From Myxococcales bacterium (lineage in GTDB: Bacteria; Myxococcota_C; UBA6777): DNA of 16,455 nt. Positions within the stretch are counted from its first letter, which is position 1, and each line of letters begins with the position of its first letter. The notes below the pieces were generated by a model. The model saw nothing but the letters and a program-made list of their open reading frames with translations. It was not told the DNA's origin and searched no databases. The position numbers and the translations under genes are program-made. Shown in pieces: positions 1-7,415 of the stretch. Where the stretch lies: positions 2,664-19,118 of the forward strand of contig JALTMC010000330.1 of the NCBI GenBank assembly GCA_027005175.1, in the 5' to 3' direction.

Positions 1-16
1 CACAGTGCCAATGAAT

Positions 17-1828
17 TTAGCTCTGGTTTAAGCGACCACCGAGGTCTTCAGCTTTGCGGGTTTTGCGGGGTACATTTTCGAGGCGGAGTACGCCACGAGG
101 GCAGACTTCGGAGCAGAGGCCGCAGCCGACACAAGAGGCGCGGGTGAAGTTCTGGTTGGATTGTGCGTAGTTGCGGACGTCGATACCCATTTCGCAATAT
201 TTGGAGCAAAGACCGCAGGAGATACACATGTCGCGCTTGACGCGAATACGGAATCGTCCAAGCTTTTGGAGGAGTCCCAGTAGGGCGGCCATGGGGCAGG
301 CGAATCGACACCAAACGCGCGTACCACCGAGAGGATAGAGTCCAACACCTACAACCCCGGAGAGGACGGCAGAGACACCCAACCCGTAGAGTCCTCGGGT
401 TTCCATGGCGATCTGTCCGAGTGGTTTGTTGCCTGAATACCATGCCAGCGCAGTGATGATCGTCATTAGGATGGTGATGACCAGTATAGCGTTGATAGAG
501 AACTTTTCGAAGAGCCAGGCTTTGCTCGACTTGTTGGACAGGTGACGCCAGGGCTCACCAAAGGTATTCGCCAGACCACCACATCCACAAACCCAAGAGC
601 AGTACCAGCGTTTGCCAAATACAATCCCTGCAAGGGGAGCGAGGAAGAGTCCCGCTACAAAGCTGTAGACAATGAAGGGAACAGGAAGTCCGCTTTTGAT
701 CTGGTATGCAATGGTGGAAGGATAGAAGTAGTCAACCTTCAGGGGCCAGATATAGCTGAAGTAGTAGTCCGGTCGTTGGAACAATTTGAGGATCCAGGGG
801 ATCGAAAATGCGATTGTGGCCTGAACAAACATCACAACTGTGGTGCGGATCACCTGATACTTATTGTGCCAGTATTTCCAGATCATATAGGAGCCGCCTG
901 AGGTAATACAGACAGTATAGAGCAGCCCATAAAATACCCACTTGCTGTCGAGGCCCATGGAGAGGGCGAGTTGGCGGAAAGGATCTTGCTTGGCATGCAA
1001 AGCACCCATCAACGTAGGCATCGCGTGAACGGCTGCGACCAAGGTAAAGAAGAAACTCAGCAGCATCACCATTCCGATGAATCGATGGGGGTTTTCGGCG
1101 TGCTCTTTTTTCTTAACCATCACAGTCACACCGCCCAAACTCACAAGCAGCATCCCACCAAAACCAGCCAGAAACCAAAGGAGCAGTTTGAGTCCGGTGC
1201 CTACTCCATAAAATAGAGAGGTCGATGGAGGTGATTTCCCCGGCATGGCAAGAATGAGATAGGTTGATAAAAATAACACCACCAAAGTGGAAGTTAGTAG
1301 TATGGCTAACAATCCAAGGACTTTGAGAGGCTGTCCTTTCTCCTTGCGGTGAGCAAACATAGAGGCCATGCCAAACGCTAAGATGACACCATAGATAGCT
1401 TGAAATATAGCATTTCCTGTAGCTCCCCACTCTAACTGACTTAGGGATTGGGCTAAGCCTGTTTCACCCAACATTTTCATCAGGGCCGGTGTGAAGTAAA
1501 CAAAGGTTGCCAACAAAAGGGTGGCGACCAAGCCGATAGCTGTCTTTGTCATCTGTGCTTTGCGGACAGTCTCGGCTTCTTGTGAGTCAGACCACAGCAT
1601 ATATCCGCCGACCCCAACGATGCCTGCAAAAAGAATATAAAAAATACCACTTTCTGTCGCACTCCACTGGCCTTGGCCCAGACGATGTCCAAAATACAAG
1701 ACGATATAAAATAAAAGAATCGCTGCAGAAAGAAGCCAGGCTGTTATCCCGCGATGAGTCACATCGTGGTGTAACCAGCCTATGGCAGTTTGTCGTCGCA
1801 TGATATGTACTCTCTCTTTATCGTTCAA
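17..1828 (-). CDS. Polytopic membrane polyferredoxin. The C-terminal half is NapH/MauN/CcoG-like, with two membrane CxxxC(P) motifs and two CxxCxxCxxxC(P) 4Fe-4S ferredoxin motifs. The N-terminal half is an extra multi-helix membrane domain.
   Basis: 603-aa ORF with many hydrophobic helices. Motifs seen: WYCSWVCGCGG and VWCRFACP (NapH/FixG-type CxxxCP), then CISCGLCSKYC and CVGCGLCSEVCP (ferredoxin-type 4Fe-4S). Family assignment is from motif recognition only. Confidence 0.6.
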   Translation of the reverse strand: MNDKERVHIMRRQTAIGWLHHDVTHRGITAWLLSAAILLFYIVLYFGHRLGQGQWSATESGIFYILFAGIVGVGGYMLWSDSQEAETVRKAQMTKTAIGLVATLLLATFVYFTPALMKMLGETGLAQSLSQLEWGATGNAIFQAIYGVILAFGMASMFAHRKEKGQPLKVLGLLAILLTSTLVVLFLSTYLILAMPGKSPPSTSLFYGVGTGLKLLLWFLAGFGGMLLVSLGGVTVMVKKKEHAENPHRFIGMVMLLSFFFTLVAAVHAMPTLMGALHAKQDPFRQLALSMGLDSKWVFYGLLYTVCITSGGSYMIWKYWHNKYQVIRTTVVMFVQATIAFSIPWILKLFQRPDYYFSYIWPLKVDYFYPSTIAYQIKSGLPVPFIVYSFVAGLFLAPLAGIVFGKRWYCSWVCGCGGLANTFGEPWRHLSNKSSKAWLFEKFSINAILVITILMTIITALAWYSGNKPLGQIAMETRGLYGLGVSAVLSGVVGVGLYPLGGTRVWCRFACPMAALLGLLQKLGRFRIRVKRDMCISCGLCSKYCEMGIDVRNYAQSNQNFTRASCVGCGLCSEVCPRGVLRLENVPRKTRKAEDLGGRLNQS

Positions 1829-1953
1829 GCGGTCGGTGACCCGGTTTTGTGTGCAAGCGGTCAGTGACTCGGTTTTGTGTGCAAGCGGTCAGTGACCCGG
1901 TTTAAGCGGTCGGTGACCCGGTTTTGTGTGCAAGCGGTCGGTGACTCGGTTTT
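1826..1953. repeat. Tandem array of about 4.5 copies of a 28-bp unit (consensus caagcggtc[a/g]gtgac[c/t]cggttttgtgtg). It sits immediately upstream of the polyferredoxin start on the minus strand.
   Basis: Direct reading: near-identical units follow head-to-tail with one or two substitutions. Copy 3 is truncated (lacks tgtgtg) and the last copy is truncated. There are no unique spacers between units. Confidence 0.8.
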
Positions 1954-1956
1954 ACG

Positions 1957-1988
1957 GTAAAAAACAGTAGATTGGGTATGTTACTGTT
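1957..1988 (-). terminator. Candidate intrinsic terminator after the FAD-oxidoreductase gene (weak, AT-rich stem).
   Basis: On the minus strand, aacagta / 12-nt loop / tactgtt (7-bp stem) is followed by a TTTTTT run, about 5 nt after the stop at 1993. The stem has only 2 GC pairs, so confidence is low. Confidence 0.3.
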
Positions 1989-1992
1989 TGAC

Positions 1993-3279
1993 TCATCGAA
2001 CCAGGGGGATCTCGGTGGTTTGCATGTTGTCGAGTTTTGCGCGGCCAAATTCGACGTCGTATTGGGCTTTGTGGAGGTTTTCCAAGACATATTGTGGTGA
2101 TCTTGCTTCCAATACCCAGTCTTCCAATACTTCGTGATCCCATCGGGACCCAAGCATATTGAATCCAAGAACCTTGGTACCATCATGGGCAATTCGCTGT
2201 GATATCGGTTGTCCTGGCATCTTGCGATAAATCGTAGGGGAGCCTTCAGGAAGTGTTTGGACAGCTCCCACTGTGGTATATTCAATCTCAAAAAACTTGG
2301 AGCTGTTGAAGAAAAGAGGAGGCTTGTATACTTCGCGTTGCCCGACGATGTTGCGTGCTACGTGAGCCCCCTGTCGTTTGGCGGAGTACCAGATCAACTC
2401 TGTGGTGGGGCGTTCTTGTCCGGGGAAATGGATCTCTGCACAGTCTCCGGCTGCGTAGACATTTTTTTGCGGCGTTTCGAGATACTCATTAACCACAATC
2501 CCCCGACCTAACTCGGGAGGTTGGGAGAAGTCTTTGAGTCGGTCGATGTTGGGGCGTACGCCTGCTGCGATTCCGAGCATCTGACACTCGATAACGTTGC
2601 CTTTGTTGGTATGGACTGCTTTGACACGGCCATTGTCATCTACTTCCACACGAGTCATTTCTTCAGTCAGGCGGACATCGACACCATGGTGTCTCATCTC
2701 TGCTGTAACAAAAGTAGCTTCTTCTTCACCCAGTGCCATGGGCCAATAATAGGATTCTCGAACCAGGAAGGTGACTTTGACACCGTGATGTCTCAGGCAC
2801 TCGACCAGCTCAATGCCAATCAGCCCGCCTCCGATTACAACAGCATGTTGTGTGCTGGGTGTGAGGCGTTCACATTGTTCCAGGTCTTGCATGGATACAA
2901 AGTGAACTTTGCCTTCTTTCACTTGATCCATACCGTCCCAGGGGAACATATTGGGCTTGGCTCCTACAGCATAGACAAGCTTGTCGTAGGGAATGCGTTC
3001 GCCATTGTCGAGCACGACTTGTTGGGTTTGCGTGTTGCAATCGACCATCCAGCCCTTGATGAGCTTGATATCTTGTCGAGCGTACTCTGAGCGTTCATAG
3101 GGCTCCAGATCTCGTCGTGTGAGTTTATCCATATAAGCGTACATCAACGCTGTACGGGAAAAAAAGTATTCGGTCTCCCCGCTGAGTACTGTAATGGATG
3201 CATCCTTGTCGTGTTTTCTGACTGTCATAGCGCAGGTGATGCCCGCTACACCATTTCCGATGATAACAACCCTCATCAA
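1993..3279 (-). CDS. FAD-dependent pyridine nucleotide-disulfide oxidoreductase family protein (rubredoxin/ferredoxin-reductase or NADH-oxidase-like).
   Basis: 428 aa. N-terminal VIIGNGVAG dinucleotide-binding motif at residues 5-13. A second Rossmann motif, VVIGGGLIGIE, lies mid-protein. The AAGDCAE motif is typical of the family. The specific substrate is not assignable. Confidence 0.8.
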   Translation of the reverse strand: MMRVVIIGNGVAGITCAMTVRKHDKDASITVLSGETEYFFSRTALMYAYMDKLTRRDLEPYERSEYARQDIKLIKGWMVDCNTQTQQVVLDNGERIPYDKLVYAVGAKPNMFPWDGMDQVKEGKVHFVSMQDLEQCERLTPSTQHAVVIGGGLIGIELVECLRHHGVKVTFLVRESYYWPMALGEEEATFVTAEMRHHGVDVRLTEEMTRVEVDDNGRVKAVHTNKGNVIECQMLGIAAGVRPNIDRLKDFSQPPELGRGIVVNEYLETPQKNVYAAGDCAEIHFPGQERPTTELIWYSAKRQGAHVARNIVGQREVYKPPLFFNSSKFFEIEYTTVGAVQTLPEGSPTIYRKMPGQPISQRIAHDGTKVLGFNMLGSRWDHEVLEDWVLEARSPQYVLENLHKAQYDVEFGRAKLDNMQTTEIPLVR

Positions 3280-3543
3280 ATACTCTCCTCCCTTGTTTGT
3301 TTTCTGCGTTTTAAAGAAACTTTGTTTCGATTGACCCTATACATACGAACAAACGATGCTTCTAGTGTGAGGTCGCTGTGATGCAAATTCTGCTACACTT
3401 GAATTTAACTGTATGATGTTTTCTATGGGCTCCCAGCAGCTTCTGAAAGACATGGACATCGCGAAATTACCTGTGAGTTCACCGTTCTGGTTGTTGGAGC
3501 AAGCTGGAATATTTCGGCAACGATGCGGTCTCTTTGTGAAAAC

Positions 3544-3658
3544 AAGGAACAAACAAGCTCCTTCTTAAGAAACAAACAAGTTTCTTCTTAAGGAACAAGC
3601 AAGTTTCTTCTTAAGGAACAAGCAAGTTTCTTCTTAAGGAACAAGCAAGCTCCTTCTT
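3544..3658. repeat. Five head-to-tail copies of a 23-bp unit (aaggaacaagcaagtttcttctt). Each unit has internal dyad symmetry (gaaac...gtttc), and each junction forms ttcttaaggaa around a CTTAAG core.
   Basis: Direct reading. Units 3 and 4 are identical. Units 1 and 5 carry the same variant (ctcc). Unit 2 is a perfect GAAAC-aaacaa-GTTTC palindrome. The array lies about 265-380 bp upstream of the oxidoreductase start on the minus strand. Confidence 0.8.
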
Positions 3659-4082
3659 GCGGTCCTTTTACAGTGTTTGAGTAAAAATACGCTATGGTTT
3701 GGATAGGATGATGGAAATAAAATGGACATGACCATGACCAGGAATGGCCTCCTTTGGTGTGCAAGTTTGCTTCTTTCTCTCGTGGGGCTAAAACCACCGA
3801 CTCTGAGGAAGAAAAACCCGACTGAAGTCGGCTCAGCTCTTTGTTTTTCCCTGTAGGGTAAGTGGTTTTGAGTGCTCTTTTGTATACTTCTCACCCTTAG
3901 AGTAGGACTGCAAGCTCCACGAAAATACAGGAGGTTCCGCTAGAAGCGACGATTGATGAACTTGAATATCTCAAATCGCACTCACAAGCACGCGGTTTTC
4001 TCCTGAATGTATTCGTTCAACTTGTTGGGTTGCCATTTCTACGTCCATTTCTTTTACTTCGTGACTCACACTCTGCTGTGCT

Positions 4083-4454
4083 TCACACCAATTCATCACT
4101 GTCTTTCGGGGTTTCTCTAACAAGGACTAGGATAGCACTTTGTGGGACGATATGATACTTTTCCCCCTCAAACTCCAGTTCAATGGCTGCTTTTTTTAGG
4201 AATAGAGCGTGATCTCCCGGTTTTGCTTCCATGGGCATATAGCGGACAGAGACTTCGGAGGAGCTCCAGTCTGTGAGCAGGGAAGGCTCCACAAGCGGGG
4301 TGCCTCGTCCTGTTTTAATGATCGTCCCTTCCAGGACATCTTCTTTATCGCGGACAGTGTCCGGAAGATAGAGACCCACCTCTGTTCGCTTTTCGGAGTC
4401 ATCGACTTTTAAGAGAACCCGGTCTCCAATGACAATCAGTTCTGTGGTGTTCAA
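4083..4454 (-). CDS. Divergent Cpn10/GroES-family co-chaperonin-like protein (123 aa, TTG start). No GroEL partner is adjacent.
   Basis: Pattern match to GroES: the N-terminus has DRVLLK (cf. DRVIVK), a mobile-loop-like segment, and a KPGDHALF...IVPQSAILVLV C-terminal beta-hairpin region. A strong SD (aagaggt) sits 6-8 nt upstream of TTG. It is longer than canonical GroES. Confidence 0.55.
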   Translation of the reverse strand: MNTTELIVIGDRVLLKVDDSEKRTEVGLYLPDTVRDKEDVLEGTIIKTGRGTPLVEPSLLTDWSSSEVSVRYMPMEAKPGDHALFLKKAAIELEFEGEKYHIVPQSAILVLVRETPKDSDELV

Positions 4455-4465
4455 TATCGGTACCT

Positions 4466-4578
4466 CTTGCTACTTGAAGTTGAAAATACATCTTAAGATC
4501 CCGCTTCGGACAAGTGGTCGTCGTTGTCTCGAAGCGAGACAACTTGCTACTTGAAGTTGAAACTACATCTTAAGATCC
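4466..4578. repeat. Two copies of a 36-bp direct repeat (cttgctacttgaagttgaaa[a/c]tacatcttaagatcc, 35/36 identical) at 4466-4501 and 4543-4578. They flank a perfect 9-bp-stem hairpin (gttgtctcg-aag-cgagacaac, about 4523-4543).
   Basis: Direct reading. The proximal copy contains the ribosome-binding site of the Cpn10-like gene. No U-tract follows the hairpin. Confidence 0.8.
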
Positions 4579-4591
4579 GGGGTCCATCCGG

Positions 4592-5350
4592 TTAGGCGTT
4601 GGCACTTTTGATAATTCCGATGAAGTCTTCTGCTTTGAGGGCTGCTCCGCCGACAAGGGCACCGTCGATGTTCTTTTGGGAGAGCAGTTCTCTGCTGTTC
4701 TTGGGCTTGACACTGCCACCATAGAGGATTCGTACAGCGTCTGCGACATCGGGGGAAAAGAGCTGAAAGAGGTGTGCACGGATAAAGGCGTGAGCTTCTT
4801 CTGCTTGTGTGGGAGTGGCGGTTTTGCCTGTTCCAATCGCCCATACAGGTTCGTATGCGATGATAAGCTCGGAGCCTTCTTCGTGAGTGAGGCCTGTGAG
4901 GCCCTGAAGGATCTGTTGTTCAATGACTCTGACAAAGTCGCCGCGTTCACGTTCTTCCAGGGTCTCTCCAAAACACACGATGGGGATCAGATTGTGTTGG
5001 AAGGCTGCCTTGATTTTCTTGTTGACGATCTCATTGGTTTCACCGAAGTATTTGCGACGTTCGGAGTGGCCGATAAGGATATAATCTGCGCCTGCATCTT
5101 TGAGGAAGGAGGGGGAGATCTCTCCAGTGAAAGCACCACTCTCTTCCCAATGCATATTTTGCCCTGCGACGCTGATATAGGATTTTGCACAAAATTCAAC
5201 GACAGTATCGAGCGCTGTAAAGGGTGGGGCGACAATCACATCCACTTCACCAGGCCAGGTGAGTCCATAGTGGAGACCTTGAACAAGCTCCAAAGCCTGC
5301 CTCTTGTGCATGTTCATCTTCCAGTTGCCAGCAATCACCGGAGTTCTCAT
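4592..5350 (-). CDS. tpiA: Triosephosphate isomerase.
   Basis: Hallmark TIM motifs: VIAGNWKMN near the N-terminus, GHSERR, and AYEPVWAIGTGKTAT. I chose the internal ATG at 5350 (MRTPVIAGNWKMN), preceded by a ggggag RBS. The ORF-track start at 5419 adds a non-conserved 23-aa extension. Confidence 0.9.
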   Translation of the reverse strand: MRTPVIAGNWKMNMHKRQALELVQGLHYGLTWPGEVDVIVAPPFTALDTVVEFCAKSYISVAGQNMHWEESGAFTGEISPSFLKDAGADYILIGHSERRKYFGETNEIVNKKIKAAFQHNLIPIVCFGETLEERERGDFVRVIEQQILQGLTGLTHEEGSELIIAYEPVWAIGTGKTATPTQAEEAHAFIRAHLFQLFSPDVADAVRILYGGSVKPKNSRELLSQKNIDGALVGGAALKAEDFIGIIKSANA

Positions 5351-5538
5351 CTCTCGCTCCCCTGTCAATCCAATACCTGAACAAAGAAAAAAGGGGCATA
5401 CGATCATCCATAAGGTCAAAACAAAGAGAAACTTATCATGCCCAATTGATACATTGTGAGTTTAGCAGAAAAATGGCAACAAGCCCAAAAACTACAGGTT
5501 CGGAAGGTGCATGATGATCTCCATCCTACTTTGCAAAC

Positions 5539-5585
5539 CATGCTCAGCGAGCATGTCCTCAGCGAGCGACTCCGTGAGCGACTCG
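5539..5585. promoter_or_regulatory. Perfect 7-bp inverted repeat catgctc-agc-gagcatg. It is followed by reiterated gagcgactc motifs, about 190 nt upstream of tpiA.
   Basis: Direct reading of the symmetry. A regulatory role is inference only. Confidence 0.25.
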
Positions 5586-5698
5586 TTGTGTAGGTTTGTA
5601 AGATCTTTTTGCAATCGATTGCTGCGATGACAAAGAGATTAAAAGTGAGATGGACTCCAGCCCGTCTGATGGAACCAAAAAGGGCCAAGTTCTTGCGA

Positions 5699-5814
5699 CG
5701 ACTTCGTTGCGGTAGCTGAGAAGAGAGCGTCTTGGGTCTTTCAGGAAACAGCACAGCCGTCAGCATATGACTTCGTTGCGGTAGCTGAGAAGAGAGTGTC
5801 TTGGGATTTTCAGG
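5699..5814. repeat. Two copies of a 47-bp direct repeat (gacttcgttgcggtagctgagaagagag[c/t]gtcttggg...ttcagga), period about 69 bp. The second copy abuts or overlaps the aldolase stop codon.
   Basis: Direct reading, about 44/47 identity. The repeated PKTLSSQLPQRS in the 5416..5934 shadow ORF is the same DNA repeat translated. Confidence 0.75.
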
Positions 5815-6703
5815 AGTTTCCCTGAAAGATCTTCTTGACCTCATCAAGGACAAGTTCTTCGAGTCGTGTTGGGTCGATGGGGACAGAGGCTTCGGTCCCT
5901 GCTGCTTTTGGTGACGGAGGCTGTGTTGTGTCAACAGATTTGGTCTCTTGTTTCTGTGTTTTGGCTTGTTGGTGGAGTTCTTCTTTCCACTGTTGGCGTG
6001 CTTCCTTTTCTCGCAGAGCTTTTTCTTGGAGGGCTGCTATTTTCTCTTGTCGGTTTTGGGGTCCTAAGCCGATGGATGCACGTTTTTTGAGTAGAGTGTC
6101 ACGATGTTCTTGAGCTAGGGTCATTGGCTGCCCCATTTGCATGGCATAATATTCGATTTTGGCGAGATGCTCGACAAGCTCGAGGCGTAGCCATGCTTGT
6201 TCAAGGTCATCTCCAATGGCTAAGATCCCATTGCCTGTCATCATGATGACATCGGCGATTTGCAATCCATCATGGATCAGTTTGTCATTCTCGGGAGCGC
6301 CAGGCATTGCAAAAGGGGTGACAGGAATACAGTCACCAATGGATACGATAGCTTCAGGGAGTGCTGGATATATTGGCTGGTTGACAAGGCCTCGTGCGGT
6401 GACAAAGGGGGGGTGGGCGTGGACCACAGCGTTGGCATCGGGTCTTGCACGGTAGGCGGAGAGGTGGAGCTTGATCTCCGAGAAAGGTCTGCCGATCCCC
6501 TCGATCTTTTTGCCCTCCATATCGAGGGTGATGACCATCTCTGGCTTGATGGAAGCTTTGCTCTCGGAGGTTGGGGTGGCGAGCAGCACATCGTCGAGGC
6601 GAGCGGATATATTGCCATCGTGATTGGCGGTGAAACCTTTATGGTCTAGTTTTTGAGAGATCTCTGCAATCAGGTTGCTGAGATAACTTCGCCTTGAACC
6701 CAT
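5810..6703 (-). CDS. Class II aldolase/adducin-family enzyme (FucA-like: fuculose/rhamnulose-1-phosphate or 5-deoxyribulose-1-phosphate aldolase type). It has a C-terminal Lys/Glu/Gln-rich linker and a terminal amphipathic helix that resembles a BMC encapsulation peptide.
   Basis: YRARPDANAVVHAHPPFVTA matches the FucA metal-binding region (YQSRPDANAVVHNHAVHCTA). The catalytic domain is about 210 aa. A roughly 85-aa tail then follows, ending PIDPTRLEELVLDEVKKIFQGNS (amphipathic, EP-like). Confidence 0.85.
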   Translation of the reverse strand: MGSRRSYLSNLIAEISQKLDHKGFTANHDGNISARLDDVLLATPTSESKASIKPEMVITLDMEGKKIEGIGRPFSEIKLHLSAYRARPDANAVVHAHPPFVTARGLVNQPIYPALPEAIVSIGDCIPVTPFAMPGAPENDKLIHDGLQIADVIMMTGNGILAIGDDLEQAWLRLELVEHLAKIEYYAMQMGQPMTLAQEHRDTLLKKRASIGLGPQNRQEKIAALQEKALREKEARQQWKEELHQQAKTQKQETKSVDTTQPPSPKAAGTEASVPIDPTRLEELVLDEVKKIFQGNS

Positions 6704-6708
6704 TGATT

Positions 6709-7362
6709 TTAACCCAACTGACTTCCGGTCTTGGTGGCTTGCATATGGTTGAGATGCTCAATGGCTTGTAGGGCAGCTTCTGCGCAGGAATCGATCTCCG
6801 ATTCCTTTCCGCTCAAGATCAGCCGTCCCGTTGCACCGTAAGGTTTGATGTGAATCAGTTTGACCTCTGCTGCTTTGAGTGCCTCGTTACAAATGAGGGA
6901 CATATAGGAAGCGGGCTTGGCTTCCAGAATCAAGAGTGATTCACCCGAGAGGACCATGTTCCCAGAGGCGAGGCTGGAGAAAAACATGGAGTGATCCTTT
7001 TCAACACCTCGGATGATCTGGTTGGTCAGGAGTTGGATCGGGGCGCGGTCATTTTCGTCCAATCCTGTTTCTCGAAGAACGGCTCGACCCGCTTCTTGAA
7101 CTTCGCCGTGGGTCGGATGGTGAACGACAAACAAACCAAAGTGTCGCTCTGTGATGATCTCTCCGAGTCGCACGCTTGTGCCCTTTAAGGCGAGGTCAAC
7201 CATACGGTGGATCTCCATGGCAGGTGAGATCTCCATCACCAGCGCAGAATCGTACTCTGAGGGATCATAGACGCTATTCTTTTGAGCAATAAACTGGGCC
7301 AACTGAGGTTGCAAACTGTCGATAAAAGTGAGGGTTCGCAGCTCGAAATATTGAGATAGCAT
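6709..7362 (-). CDS. BMC-T shell protein of the EutL/PduB type (tandem permuted BMC domains).
   Basis: 217 aa, about EutL length. It has two internally repeated halves. The second half, LLILEAKPASYMSLICNEALKAAEVKL...ILSGKESEIDSCAEAALQAIE, parallels EutL [23 protein letters not shown]...FLTGSQAACKAACNAF. A GGAG RBS lies upstream. Confidence 0.65.
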   Translation of the reverse strand: MLSQYFELRTLTFIDSLQPQLAQFIAQKNSVYDPSEYDSALVMEISPAMEIHRMVDLALKGTSVRLGEIITERHFGLFVVHHPTHGEVQEAGRAVLRETGLDENDRAPIQLLTNQIIRGVEKDHSMFFSSLASGNMVLSGESLLILEAKPASYMSLICNEALKAAEVKLIHIKPYGATGRLILSGKESEIDSCAEAALQAIEHLNHMQATKTGSQLG

Positions 7363-7415
7363 GAGTGCTCCGGTGCTTCGGTGTCTTTCGGTGTCTTTCG
7401 GTATCCAGGGGGAGA

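Noticed and set aside
28-901. ORFs 28..348 (-), 48..443 (-) and 542..901 (+) overlapping the polyferredoxin gene.
   Set aside because: They are shadow or alternate-frame ORFs inside a long ORF with clear motifs. They have no start context and are compositionally Arg/Pro-rich, as expected for off-frame translation.
1826-1953. Possible CRISPR array (also considered for 3544..3658).
   Set aside because: Units abut each other directly with no unique spacers. They are 23-28 bp, with no adjacent cas genes. These are tandem repeats, not CRISPR.
3588-3894. ORFs 3588..3797 and 3634..3894 (-) in the large intergenic region.
   Set aside because: They are low complexity and overlap the palindromic repeat array. 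They have no RBS. They are probably artefacts of the repeat.
4676-5380. 234-aa plus-strand ORF antisense to tpiA.
   Set aside because: It is fully contained in the strongly supported tpiA CDS on the opposite strand. It has no recognisable motifs.
5416-5934. 172-aa minus-strand ORF with duplicated PKTLSSQLPQRS peptide.
   Set aside because: The internal protein repeat is simply the 47-bp DNA direct repeat translated. It overlaps the aldolase 3' end, has a TTG start and no domain. I treat it as non-coding.
7375-7406. Short tandem tcggtgtctt x2.5 between deoC stop and the EutL-like start.
   Set aside because: It is only about 30 bp and 10-bp period. It is probably slippage-type microsatellite or RBS-spacer sequence, and I cannot attribute a function.
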